A DNA stretch of 64,000 nucleotides from Octopus vulgaris (Eukaryota). The translations under genes and the position numbers were made by a program. Each line of letters begins with the position of its first letter. Within the stretch, counting starts at the first letter, position 1. Where the stretch lies: positions 25,792,001-25,856,000 of the forward strand of contig OX597832.1 of the NCBI GenBank assembly GCA_951406725.2. Reading direction: 5' to 3'. Shown piece by piece: positions 1 through 14,617 of the stretch. Below the pieces are notes generated by a model. The model did no database searches and was not told the origin of the DNA. It worked only from the letters and a program-made list of their open reading frames with translations.

Positions 1-1400
<1,400 letters not shown>

Positions 1401-1743
1401 TGCAGTGTACGTACGCACGTGCATATAACATAGAATGTCCGATCTCCCATCATAGATTCCAGTGAGAGACATCAGAATTGAAACATGAATAGAGAGAGCA
1501 ACATAACATCAACATCGGCAACAACAACAACATTAACAACAACAGCAAACACTTTAACAACAGCAACAACAATAACAACAACAACAATAACAATATTATC
1601 TGATTATTAACATGATAAATACATCGCCATGTTCCTTTTTATATTTTTTGTAGTTTAAAGCGTGGTTCGGTTTTCGTTATTTATGTATCTCTTACGCCTT
1701 TTTACTTGATATTGCATATCGCATACTAAGCCAAACTGCATAT

Positions 1744-1822
<79 letters not shown>

Positions 1823-1862
1823 TACATATATGTATATATATGTATATATATGTACAAATATA

Positions 1863-2133
1863 TACTATAGCCTCGGGCCGACCAGAGCCTTGTAAGTGGA
1901 TTTGGTAGACGGACAAAAAACAAGTCCGTCATATATATGTATATATGTGTTTGTGTGTGTGTGTGTGTGTGTGTTTGGTCCACCCACCCACCCGACATCG
2001 CTTGACAACCGATGCTGGTGTGTTTACGTTTGGCAAAAGAGACGGATAAAATAAATACTAGGCTTCCAAAGTCCTGGGGTCGATTTGCTCGACTAAAGGC
2101 GGTGCTCCAGCATGGCCGAAGTCAAACAAGTAA

Positions 2134-2135
<2 letters not shown>
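1863..2135 (+). mobile_element. SINE family A, 5'-truncated
   Basis: Matches the body and tail of 5911-6333. Confidence 0.85.
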
Positions 2136-2180
<45 letters not shown>

Positions 2181-2245
2181 TACATATATACATATATATA
2201 TATATACATATATACATGTATATACAATTCAATACTCCCTAATAT

Positions 2246-2295
<50 letters not shown>

Positions 2296-2303
2296 TACAT
2301 GTA

Positions 2304-2347
<44 letters not shown>

Positions 2348-2404
2348 ATATTAGGGAGTATTGAATTGCATAATAGTGGTTTTATCTCTAATTTATATTA
2401 TATA

Positions 2405-2459
<55 letters not shown>

Positions 2460-4174
2460 TCTTTGTAAGCCTAGTACTTATTCTATCGGTAATAATGTGG
2501 TTGATGTATGAAGTCTTGGTCTTGCACCGCCTACATTGTAAAACTAATTTGAAATGTACCGGAAGTGAAAGGACATGAAGTGATTTCAATCGTAAGAGAG
2601 CGAAAAGAGCGTTAGGCCAAAGAATGAGCGTCGGAACATGTTTCTTAAGCGTGGCACTCATTATATCGGTGTCTGTTGCCGAATCGCTGCGTCACAGAGA
2701 CATAGACAAACCAACGTTTTCTGTCTCATGCTGTAGATAATTGGTGAGAATAGCACGGACATAGCCTTCAAACAGGGTTGTGGTTAACTTTCCGTAATCC
2801 ATGCCTTTGCCTCAATCAGTCCCTTCTGTGGGTACCCATGTAATATATCTTCTCTGTGAACTGCTCCATCATATTTTGTTCTTCTGATAAATAGATGTTA
2901 CCAATAACCCTTGTTTCAGTTCTTATTTCATAACTCTGCTCAAATTCAGGGCAAGATAATAACACACAACGGAAGCCCTAACACAAACCTGGAAGTACGT
3001 ATATTACTTCTACTGGATAACACAGGGTAAATCAGAATGTGGACGGGTTTTATACTGAACTCTACTACGTTCTTTACAGAATAAACTATAACTATACATA
3101 TATCTCTTGATGCCTGTCTTATGATGGTAGGGTTTGATTTGAAGGAGATTTCGCTATTATTTCTAACTTGTCTATCGTTCAAGTGAACGAAATGCTAAAT
3201 CGTTGACCTGTAGTATAATCGTTTTTAAAACATCAACATTTATAATAAAACTGTTTCCTGGTATAAATCGACTTTTACTCAACGCAAACTGACAGAAAAT
3301 AAACCAAGAACACGCGAACAAATAACGCACAGCAACACAATAATGACTTATATATCATTGTGTGTACATGTGCCTGTAAATATATATATATATACATACA
3401 TACATACATACATTCATACATACATACATACATACATACATACATACAATCATACATACATACATACAATAGATACATATACACACATATATACAATATG
3501 TATATATTTTCCTTGTAGACTCTGATTTTCTTTAAGTAAAATATATTTTATTACATATTTTCTATAGACTTCCATTACTGAGAAATTGATGTTTCAGAAA
3601 ACATTTTCACAAATTATCCACCATAATCACCATTAATATTATCATCATCATCATTAAGGCGGCGAGCTGGCTGTATCGTTAGTATTCTAGGTAAAATGCT
3701 TGCCGACATTTCGTCCGTCTTTATTTTCTGAGATGAAACTCTGCCGAGGTGGACTTTACCTTTCGGTATTTCAGGGTCCATAAAACAAGTACCAGTTGAG
3801 CACTAGGGTTGATTTCATTTTTTTGCCCTTCTCGTTAGAAATTGCTGACTTTGTGTCAAAATTAGAAAACAATCATTATTTTTAGAACTACTGTGGGATC
3901 CCTTTCGAGGAGGAGTTTCAGAGACGTGTTTCTGTGTATGTAAATGTTATTTAAATGAATCTGGGTGCCGAGATATCAATTGCTGATCACCACTACATAG
4001 GTACTTGAAACTTAATGTTAAGTGTTTCCTTAACATTTAGCGAAAGTGGCGTGTGCTACCAGATAATACTCGACCACGGCTATGTTTGCTTTGTGGTGAA
4101 TACCCTCTCTATGTAACGTGAATGCTTTTGATTCTGTTGACCGGATCTAACCATCAAGCACAAAGCTGGATATA

Positions 4175-4720
4175 TTGGGTTGTCCGGAAAGTTCGTGCCG
4201 ATTTATAGTAGCTTATCTTTCGACTTATTTTAGAACATGGTTGAGTTCATAAAATAGGATTTGACTACACCTCCATTTAGAGCACAGTTTAAGCTATCTG
4301 TTCGCGGAAGAAGGTTTATGTTCCTATAACCTGTGTTAATTCTGTAACCCTTTAAAATGGAAGATAAGAAAGTTTATTTTCGGCACTTTATGCTTTGGGA
4401 ACCAGACAAAAATTGCTGCAGCTTGGCTGGGATGTGTTACCCCACCCTCCATATTCACCAGAGGTTGCTCCTTCGGATTTCCACTTATTCAGGTCTCTGC
4501 AGAATAGTCTGAATGGGAAAAATTTCAAAGACACCTTGATGAATTCTTTGCCCTGAAACCACCTCAATTCTGGGAAGAGGGTATTTTCAAGTTAAAGGAA
4601 AGATGGAGATGCATTGTGCAAGAAAATGGTTCATTTTGGTTGATTAAAAATGTAATGGCAAGTATTTATTTACCTTTTTCTTGCCTTTTAAAATCGTCAC
4701 GAACTTTACTGACAACGCAA
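4175..4720 (+). mobile_element. Internally deleted mariner transposon
   Basis: About 30-bp imperfect TIRs (TTGGGTTGTCCGGAAAGTTCGTGCCGATTT / AAATCGTCACGAACTTTACTGACAACGCAA) with TA on both sides. Transposase N-terminus MEDKKVYFRHFMLW is joined to C-terminal LGWDVLPHPPYSPEVAPSDFHLFRSLQNSL (YSPDL-type motif). Confidence 0.93.
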
Positions 4721-5119
4721 TATTTACCTATTTATGTATTAGGCAGTATTTGATACATACAGTCACGTTCCCTAAGTATGGTCTTACGGCATAGCTACAA
4801 CTACTGTTGATGCTCCTTCATGTTCCGACTTTCGCTAGTGGAAATGACATTCATTTCTTTTAAGAATTTCTGTTTCTACGAAGATAATGGATTCTGTAAC
4901 ATTTATCTTAATAATAATCATTTTTTTTATTTAACAAATATTATTCTAGCAATGATTTGTGGAGTTGGTATTATTTTTATAAATTATTTACAACGCATTT
5001 TTGGCGTATAGCAATGATGTTAATAAAATAGAATTCCTATGTGTTATATATTAAATCAAATATCACCTGGATATAAAACTTAACGTCTTTGTTCATTATT
5101 CATTTTCAGAACGTGGTTA

Positions 5120-5178
<59 letters not shown>

Positions 5179-5179
5179 A

Positions 5180-5210
<31 letters not shown>

Positions 5211-5344
5211 AACACACATACACACACACGTACGTACACAAACGTGCATACATATATAAAAATATCTATGTCTGACTGTGTGTATGGATACAAATATATA
5301 ATTGTAAAAGTGTGTGTGTATGTATGTACGTATGTATGTGTATG

Positions 5345-5398
<54 letters not shown>

Positions 5399-5910
5399 TA
5401 CAGATGCACACGTATATACACATACATACATGCATACATATGCACACATACACACACACACACAAACAAACACTCTCATATAAATATATATGTGTAAACA
5501 CATAGAAATGTGTGTGTGTGCGCCAAATTATTAAGTTAGATAAAGGTAAAAATTCTCACTTCATATTGCATTCGGGCTTCTATTTTTGGTTTTATCTTTG
5601 AAATTTTCACATTTTTGCATTTTTATGTCTTTATAAATTATTATTATTATTGAGATGTCGAAATGGACAAAGCGCTTCCGTTGTGTTCAGTTTTAAAACA
5701 TTTACATCCCAGCAGTATAAGCAGAGGTTATTTATTATAATACTATTCTTACACGACCCCTTTAAGAAAACGAAACACACAATTAGCTCCTTATCAGATC
5801 TTTATAGTAGGATAGGCAAGATTCGTGCAAAAGCGCCGTTTCGGATCAGTCCATTCTGGGTACCGGCACACAGTTGTTTGACAAACAAAAATTCTTCATC
5901 AAATTCTTCA

Positions 5911-6333
5911 GGCGCAGGAGTGGCTGTGTGGTAAGTAGCTTGTTTACCAACCACATGGTTCCGGGTTCAGTCCCACTGCGTGGCACCTTGGGCAAGTGTC
6001 TTCTACTATAGCCTCGGGCCGACCAAACCCTTGTGAGTGGATTTGGTAGACGGAAACTGAAAGCAGCCCGTCGTATATATGTATATGTATATATGTATAT
6101 ATATATGCGTGTGTGTATGTTTGTGTGTCTGTGTTTGTCCCCCTAGCATTGCTTGACAACCGATGCTGGTGTGTTTATGTCCCCGTCACTTAACAGTTCG
6201 GCAAAAGAGACCGATAGAATAAGTACTGGGCTTACAACAGAATAAGTCCCGGGGTCGAGTTGCTAGATTAAAGGCGGTGCTCCAGCATGGCCGCAGTCAA
6301 ATGACTGAAACAAGTAAAAGCGTAAAAGAGTAA
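5911..6333 (+). mobile_element. SINE family A, full-length (tRNA-like head, CORE-like segment, internal microsatellite)
   Basis: Box A/B-like TGGCTGTGTGGTAAG / GGTTCAGTCCC and CORE-like GCACCTTGGGCAAGTGTCTT. More than 15 copies or fragments occur in the window. Confidence 0.9.
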
Positions 6334-6589
6334 GTCATTTTTCTGTTCATTTATTTTCTTTTTCTTGATTTTGAGTTTCGTGGTAGGGATTAAGAAGTTC
6401 GCTTCGTGACAGCCTGATTTCGTGTTCGGTCCCACCGAGCTGTATCGAGGGCAATATATATTTTACTATAGCCTTCGAACGGCTAATGCACTATTTAGTG
6501 AAAATAACCGAAGGAAACTGCATGGAAGCCTGTCACATGAATCTCTGTGTGCAAGTACGTATGTACATAAGCATGTACATGTATGTATG

Positions 6590-6654
<65 letters not shown>

Positions 6655-6786
6655 TAGAGTAAGCGCATAAATGTGAAACAAGGTGTAAAAAGGGTACGCA
6701 AATACCAGAGGTAGAATAATATACCTTATTTAACGTGAAACTCTGAGTAACAGCTTTTCTTATATTTCTGCTGCTTTTAAATTAAG

Positions 6787-6819
<33 letters not shown>

Positions 6820-7320
6820 AATGTAAATGTCGAACAACGAGAGTGAGTGCTCAACACTGCATTCGTGGATTTGTGTGTGTGTGTGTATTAAGGCTACCAT
6901 TGGTTTCATGTTAAGAAAAATATTTTATAAAGCTAAACAATTTTTCAAGCCGATCACATGGGGGAACGACATCTGTCTCCATTTTGAATGAAAATACAAA
7001 ACGTATAAATAACTAGTTAGAAAATCTCAATAAGAGATGAAAGCAGTAACTATACTGGAAATTAATGTTTGTCACCACTTCAGCATGGCTCTTTCGTACG
7101 AACCGGGGTTACTACCATTTTTAACTCCAAGAGGAAACTTCCTCTAGCTGATTATGGATGCAATCTGCAGCTCGAAATGAGGAGTAGATAGGCAGCCGAC
7201 AACTGATGAAGGGTCGTTCTTTATGTTACTTGTCCTGGTTTCCATTTGATTCTCCCATTGTTTTCGTATTTCATGTCGTTTACTGTTTGTGACCTCCTAT
7301 ACCCATATATCCATATGTAC

Positions 7321-7374
<54 letters not shown>

Positions 7375-7420
7375 ATGTATGTATGTATACATATATATGA
7401 TGAATCTGTTGCGAAGCGGC

Positions 7421-8001
7421 TTATAAATCTAATATTTTCCTATCCTTCCTTAATACCGGTTCCCATATGCTGCTCAAATCTGCACTCGGTCTGCTTAGGA
7501 AGTTGTTGTGTCCTAGCATATGTACTGCCTCTTTAGGTTTTCGTATTTTCCAGTGGTGTTCTCTGTCTATTATCTTAACTTCATCCCACAGGAGGAGGTG
7601 GTCTCCATTTTTCCATACATGATCAGCTATACCCGTTTTATCAATATCTCTTCGTGTCACAGCTTGCGATGTTCGTCTACCCCTATGTTGAGGGGGCGGC
7701 ATGTTTCACCTTTGTATAACCTACCACAGCTGCATGTGATAGAATACACGCAGTCGTTGGTAATATTCTCTCCTATTGGTGGTTTTACTCGAAGGAGATA
7801 TTTGCGAAGTGTTTTATTACTCTTGAATACTGTCCTGATGTCATATGGGCCGCATATCTTTTGTATCTTTTCGGAGGGGCCTTTCACACAGTGTAGACAG
7901 ACTGTGGACAGTTTATTGTCCCCCTCAAAATAAGGGTAGACGAACATCGCAAAGCTGTGACACAAGGACATATTGATAAATCGGGTATAGCTGATCATGT
8001 A
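7421..8001 (-). mobile_element. Penelope-like retroelement relic, GIY-YIG endonuclease region with inverted duplication
   Basis: Frameshifted ORF ...KGPSEKIQKICGPYDIRTVFKSNKTLR...CVYSITCSCGRLYKGETCRPLNIGVDEHR / IADHVWKNGDH..WDEVKIIDREHHWKIRKPKEAVHM. About 80-bp inverted repeat at 7616-7695 vs 7920-8001. Confidence 0.88.
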
Positions 8002-8170
8002 CGGAGTGACGACCGGGCCGTTTTGCATAGCAACCGTTCGACCAACCTGCCAGGGAAACGGCGAAGTCATAGGACTGCACCGTGGCAGATTGGGAAGAAA
8101 CAGCGGAAGAACTGAATTGAACCAACAATGCTTCTTACATTGATATTGAGCGGAGGGACACTAGAACGTC

Positions 8171-8535
8171 TGGAGGCGCAATGGCCCAGTGGTTAGGGCA
8201 GCGGACTCGCGGTCATAGGATCGCGGTTTCGATTCCCAGACCGGACGTTGTGAGTGTTTATTGAGTGAAAACACCTAAAGCTCCACGAGGCTCCGGCAGG
8301 GGATGGTGGTGATCCCTGCTGTACTCTTTCACCACAACCTTCTCTCACTCTTACTTCCTGTTTCTGTTGTACCTGTGACTCTCTGTGTCACGCTGAATAT
8401 CCCCGAGAACTACGTTAAGGGTACACGTGTCTGCGGAGTGCTCAGCCACTTACACGTTAATTTCACGAGCAGGCTGTTCCGTTGATCGGATCAACCGGAA
8501 CCCTCGTCATCGTAACCGACGGAGTGCTTCCCCAA
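8171..8535 (+). mobile_element. SINE family C, full-length with 11-bp TSD
   Basis: tRNA-like head TGGCCCAGTGGTTAGGGCA...GGTTTCGATTCCC with TSD ACTAGAACGTC at 8160-8170 and 8536-8546. A truncated copy lies at 55243-55435. Confidence 0.92.
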
Positions 8536-9416
8536 ACTAGAACGTCAACGGTTAGGATCACCAACCTCTATCTGGACATTAACTGCAATGGATGCAAAAG
8601 GGGTTGAGAAGAAGTTCATAGTTGTGCTATCAGCTAATGAAAGACTGATTGTGATGTAAACTTCAAGTTTAAATTCATAATAGAACTGAATGGTAACTGA
8701 GGGTCACGGGAAGCTGTGCAAACAGTGGGGTGATCATCGTATTGTTGAAACAGAAACTTGTAATCCTGTCTATGAGTCTCCGCAGCTGTATCGTTCACTG
8801 TATCTACTCACAAGGGTCTGGTCAGCCCGCGGCTTCTGTAGAAGACAGCAAAGGTGCCACGCATTGGTATTAAACCCCAGACCGTGTGGTTGTTAAGCAA
8901 ATTTATTACAATACAGCTACACGGATGAAATATCAATTAGTAACTCAAGATCAGGGGATTAATCTTAATAACGCCCCGCCTTCCCTCGAAAGAAAGGTGA
9001 AGCAATGCTATGTAAATATGGAAGACTTTAAAATAGATTCCAGCAAGAACAGATTGCTTTTGTTTTTGTTGTTGTTCTTTCTTTTTGTTTTTGTAAAACA
9101 GCGTCGAAATAGAAGCGGATTAAAGGCGAACCTGTCAGAGAACTTTTAGTATTGTGATTACCAATGGCAAAACATTAAACAGGTTGGTCGTAGGAGAAAG
9201 AGGGAGTGGAGGAGGGGAAGGAAGAGAGATGGTAGACAAGGAGGAGGAGGAGGAGGAGGTGGCGGAGAGAGGTAGTAAATGGGGACATATTTCGTGTTTG
9301 CCTTTCTGTGTAAAAAATTTTTTCTTGTCTCATTAAATCGAAAAATCATTTATTTTTAGAGCATTCAGACCAAAGAAGTGCTTGCTTCTGTGTATATGTG
9401 CGTGTGCGTGCGTGTG

Positions 9417-9505
<89 letters not shown>

Positions 9506-9716
9506 GCATACACACACACATATATATATATACAGATGCTGTTTCGCGCACACGCACAAACATATTGAAATAGTCGAAGGCTAACAATGGCTTCAGGTGT
9601 TTCGGTTTAGGACCGATCCTTAGATAAACAAGTCTTGTGTGTTTGAAATACACATAAAATATAATAAAAGTTCTGTCGAAGATGCTGGCACCATGGGCGG
9701 GTAATTGTTTCACTGA

Positions 9717-10340
9717 GGCGGCGAGCTGGCAGAACCGTTAGCACGCCGGGCGAAATGCTTAGCGTCTGCCGTTGCGTTCTGAGTTCAAATTCCGCTGAGG
9801 TCGACTTTGCCTTTCATCCTTTTGGAGTCGGTAAATTAAGTACCAGTTGCGTAATCGACTGACCCCCTCCCCCAAAATTTTGGGCTTTGTGCCTAGAGTA
9901 GAAAAGAATCGATAGCACCCCGGACAAAATGCTTAGCAGCATTTCATCAATCTTCATGTACTGAGTTCAAAAACCGCCTGAGTAGACTTTGCCTTTCACC
10001 CTTCGTGGTTAATAATATAAGTACCAGTTGAGGACTGGTGTCGATATAATCGACTAGCCACCACTTCCCCAAAATTTCAGGCCTTGTGCCTATAGCTGAA
10101 AAGAATATATATATATTATGGACCCCCAATCAAAGGCGGAAGAATCGTTAGCACGCCGGACAAAGTGCTTAGGGGCAGTTTGTCCGTCTTTACGATCTGA
10201 TTTGAAATTCCACCGAGGTCTACTTTGCCTTTCATCCTTTCGGAGTCGATAAAATAAGTACCAGTTGTGCACTGGGGTTGATACAATTGACTTACCCACT
10301 CCTCTCAAATTGCTGGCCTTGTGACAAAATTTGAAACACA
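9717..10340 (+). mobile_element. SINE family B, three head-to-tail copies
   Basis: GGCGGCGAGCTGGCAGAA.CGTTAGCACGCC...GAGTTCAAATTCC (box B) and the conserved block GCCTTTCATCCTTTCGGGGTCGATAAA.TAAGTACCAG. Confidence 0.88.
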
Positions 10341-10690
10341 TATATCTTATCGACCCCAATGGAATAAAATGCTAACTTGATCTCAACGGGATTTGAACAC
10401 AGCACATAAAGTATTGGAACAAAAACCACAAGCCATTCAATGCCAAATTTTTTTTTTATTTTTCTTTAATCATTATGCTTTATTTATTCTTTAATTATCA
10501 TGCTTTTTAATCGCAAGAGTCAACAAGATACAATAAGCGTATTTACTTACAAAATAAAAATTATAATGCATTATAGGGATACGATATCGACGGCGTAAGA
10601 GAAGAGTGAAATTTTTTATCGAATTTTTCTGATTTAATGAATTCTTCCACAACTCAATATTTATTCTTCTTTCCTCACAACAAAGACATA

Positions 10691-11040
10691 GGCGCAGGTG
10701 TGGCTGTGTGGTAGGAAGTTTGCTTCCCAACCACACGGTTCCCGTTTCAATCCCAATGTGTGGCACCTTCGGCAAGCGTCTTCTACTATAGCAGCCTCGG
10801 GTCGATCAACGCCTTGTGAGTGGATTTGGTAGGTGGGAACTGAAATCAGCCCATCGCCCATATGTGTGCATGTGTGTTTGTCTTTATGTTTCTGTTTGTC
10901 CCTCGTTACCGTTTGATAACCGCGGTGTTGGTGTGTTTATGCCACCCCTGTAACATAGCGATTTGGTAACAGAGACCGATAGAACAAGTGCTAAACTTAA
11001 AAGGAAAAATAGATACTGGGGTCGATTCATTCGACTAAAA
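10691..11040 (+). mobile_element. SINE family A
   Basis: Diverged match to 5911-6333. Confidence 0.85.
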
Positions 11041-11149
11041 CAAGATTTACTCTTACAACTACCAAGCCTGATTTAAATTAATACCAGTAACAATATTTAC
11101 CCTGAAGAAGTAAAGAAATATATATTTATAGTAAAGAAATAAATATTTA

Positions 11150-11236
11150 CCCTGAAGAGATCGTGCAAATTATGCATAAATCCCTTCATATAAAAATGTA
11201 GCAATTTGTAATTGATACGATCGTAACACGTGTCGG
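11150..11236 (+). ncRNA. Degenerate hammerhead motif
   Basis: CC-CTGAAGA-GATCGT...ACGATC-GTAA-CACGTG-TC-GG. GAAA is mutated to GTAA, so probably inactive. Confidence 0.55.
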
Positions 11237-11997
11237 ACAATTACTATGAATAAACCAAGCAGAAACTTTGAAGGTTCGAATTCTTCGTTTTCCTTATCAT
11301 CAGTACTATATGTTGGTTTTGCAGTTCCTATACTTACCACGCACAGCTCCTTACATGTAAATTTTATTTATATATAATTTTATATGTATTTCTATATGTT
11401 TTTATATTTCTATATTTTTATGTATGTTTGGTTTTATTCTTTATACCCTTGGAGAATCTTTACGCCTCTACATGCATGATTTATGCTAATGAGTATAAAT
11501 ATATACGACTCAATTACAATGATTGAATATTTTCATTTATGCGTTCAGGAATATGTTTGACTGCCTAGAATTTGCGTTTTCAATTTCCTCTACTCTGTAT
11601 ATATATATATATATATATAGACGATGGATTTCCACGCAGTTTCCACCTATCTAACTCATTCATGAGGCAGTAGTTGGTCCGGAACTATAGTAGAAGGCAT
11701 CTTTTACCAGCTGAATGGACGTGAAATAGAGCAATGTGAAATAGAGTGCCTTGCTCAACAACACAATGCGCTGCCGAGATTCGAAATCACGGACTTAACG
11801 ATCGTACGCCGAATACCCTTCACCACTAAGACACGAGCCTTCGTGCTTATACATAGCCATACCTGCGCCTAAAAAAGATGTCTTAAGTAATGTAGAAAAA
11901 TGTTTTAATTACAGTTAACTACGCTTTGAAATTATTAATAAAAAACACAAAAAACGACAGAATCATTTTGGCAATTTCTTTCATAATTTAATGGTCT

Positions 11998-12011
11998 TTT
12001 ATTATTTTATT
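11998..12011 (-). promoter_or_regulatory. Candidate polyadenylation signals for the insulin-like gene
   Basis: Two AATAAA hexamers on the minus strand about 260 nt after the stop codon. The context is AT-rich, so this is weak evidence. Confidence 0.3.
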
Positions 12012-12266
12012 TTTTTACACAATTAAAGGTTCAAAGGAGCAGCAGATATACTGAACATTTGGGTAACATGATCGCTAAATGGCATTTGAAATACAGCAGT
12101 TATCAAGAACAAAGGTTAAGCAGCAGTTTGAGAGAGAGGAAGAGAGAGAGAGAGAGGAGGGAATTTCATAACAATGGTTGTTTGGATGTCGTTGTGATGG
12201 ATAAACTTGGCAACAAGAGGTACGCCATCGTTGCTAGTGGAGGTAGGTAGGACTACGTTGCTTTTG

Positions 12267-12445
12267 TCAGGGGCAAATTTTGAAAATGTCACAGTTTGAT
12301 CGACAGCAAGAATCGGCGAGCATGCGCACGGCCGACCATCTTCGTTTGACAACGGGAACGAAAGCATTTGTCATGTAGTTGATTTCATTTGTTCGTCGTC
12401 GTTTTTGGTGCGTCATAATGGTTGATTCGTCTTGGATAATACCAC
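12267..12445 (-). CDS. Insulin/relaxin-like peptide precursor, last coding exon (C-peptide end, A chain)
   Basis: Strong acceptor (T-tract ...ATATTTTCAG|G). Read in phase 1 it gives (S)GIIQDESTIMTHQKRRRTNEINYMTNAFVPVVKRR-WSAVRMLADSCCRSNCDIFKICP*. The phase matches the 33821 donor. Confidence 0.85.
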
Positions 12446-12726
12446 CTGAAAATATATAAAAAAAAAAAAAAACAATTATATATAAAATTATATTCAATGT
12501 AATAATTAGAATACCTATAGGCATGCAAATGGGTTTCTTATTTTTTTTTGTTCCTTTACTTGTTCACTGCGGCCATGCTGCAGCAGCACCTTTAGTTGAA
12601 CAAATTGAACCCAGGACTTATTCTTTATAAGCCTAGTACTTATTCTATCGGTCTAAGTTATGGAGACGTAAACACACCAACATCAGTTGTTAAGCGATGG
12701 TCAGAGGACAAACACAGACACAAATA

Positions 12727-12943
<217 letters not shown>

Positions 12944-13014
12944 GCGACATACTGAGGAGTCCGCGATAGGTATACAACGATATGATGAGGGATTATTGAA
13001 CATATATACAGATA

Positions 13015-13399
13015 GGCGCAGGTGTGGCTGAGTGGTAAGAAGTTTGCTTACCAGCCACATGCTTCCGGGTTCAGTCCCACTGCGTGGCACCTTGGGCAAG
13101 TGACTTCTACTATAGCCTCAGGCCTAGTGAGTGGATTTGGTAGACGGAAACTGAAAGTAGCCTGTCGTATATATGTATATATATGTATGTGTGTGTTTGT
13201 GTGTCTGTGTTTGTCACCCTAGTATAGCTTGACAACCGATGCTGGTATGTTTGCGTCCCTGTCAGCGGTTCGGCAAGGGGAGCCGATAGAATAAGTACTG
13301 GGCTTACAATGAATAGGTCCCGGGGTCGATTTTCTCGACTAAAGGCGGTGCTCCAGCATGGCCACAGTCAAATGACTGAAACAAGTAAAAGAGAGTAAA

Positions 13400-13401
<2 letters not shown>
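13015..13401 (+). mobile_element. SINE family A, full-length
   Basis: Close match to 5911-6333. Confidence 0.9.
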
Positions 13402-13484
<83 letters not shown>

Positions 13485-13802
13485 ATGACAGAGAGAGATG
13501 GAGAGAGGGGAGAGAGAGAGACTGACAGACAGACAGAAATAATGTGTCACCTCAAAAGTCCATAGACACGCCTCATTATACCGTGTTGTGTCTATGGTCG
13601 CTTTTGGTTGCTGCGATGCCAAACAAGTTGTACTATAACAAATTACGCCGACCGGGTTTGTCTGCTGAATGCTAGACTAAATGTTTTCTGTACTTGAAAT
13701 GACATTATTTTGTTTTGTTTATAGAGATGTATCTGTCAGACAAGAAAAAAAGATATGATCGAACCTATTTACAGTTGCGATATCAGTGAGTGTTTGAGAA
13801 TG

Positions 13803-13866
<64 letters not shown>

Positions 13867-13953
13867 TGTATGCATATGTGCGTGTGTGTGTGTGTGTGCA
13901 TAGGTGGATATTTATATATATATATATATATGTATGTATGATGTATATATACA

Positions 13954-14024
<71 letters not shown>

Positions 14025-14118
14025 CTATCTATCTATCTATATATCTATATATCTATATATATCTATATATATATATACATATATATGTATGTGTATATAT
14101 ATATATATATATATATAC

Positions 14119-14149
<31 letters not shown>

Positions 14150-14578
14150 CATATACGTGAATGTATGTATGTGTGTGCGAGTGGGTGCATGCGTTTGTTT
14201 GTTGTGTGTGGCTGTGTATGTGTATATGTTGTGGGTATGTATGCATCTGTCCAAAATTATACATGTGCATGTGTGCGAGCGTTTGTATATGTGGAGGTTT
14301 ATGTATGTATATTGATGAAGGTGCCCGTTTGTATATACACTTATTACTCCAATCGCTAACTTGCTCTTTATTCCCTTCCTCAACAACTCATGTGATTCCT
14401 GGTTTCTAATGAAATATAAGTGCTTCATTCACAGGTAAATATTGCATTATTTGATTCTCTGTCTGAAGAACTTCTAATGCGAGAAGTCTTACATGTTTTC
14501 TGCTTCATGTGCCATTTTGTAACTCCTATTAGAAAATGAAACGTGTGTAATGGTGAATAAATAATGGTCCCTCCCCAC

Positions 14579-14617
<39 letters not shown>

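Noticed and set aside
7145-7215. CTGATTA...GAAA and CTGATGA motifs next to the Penelope relic
   Set aside because: Possibly decayed pLTR hammerheads, but too degenerate to call.
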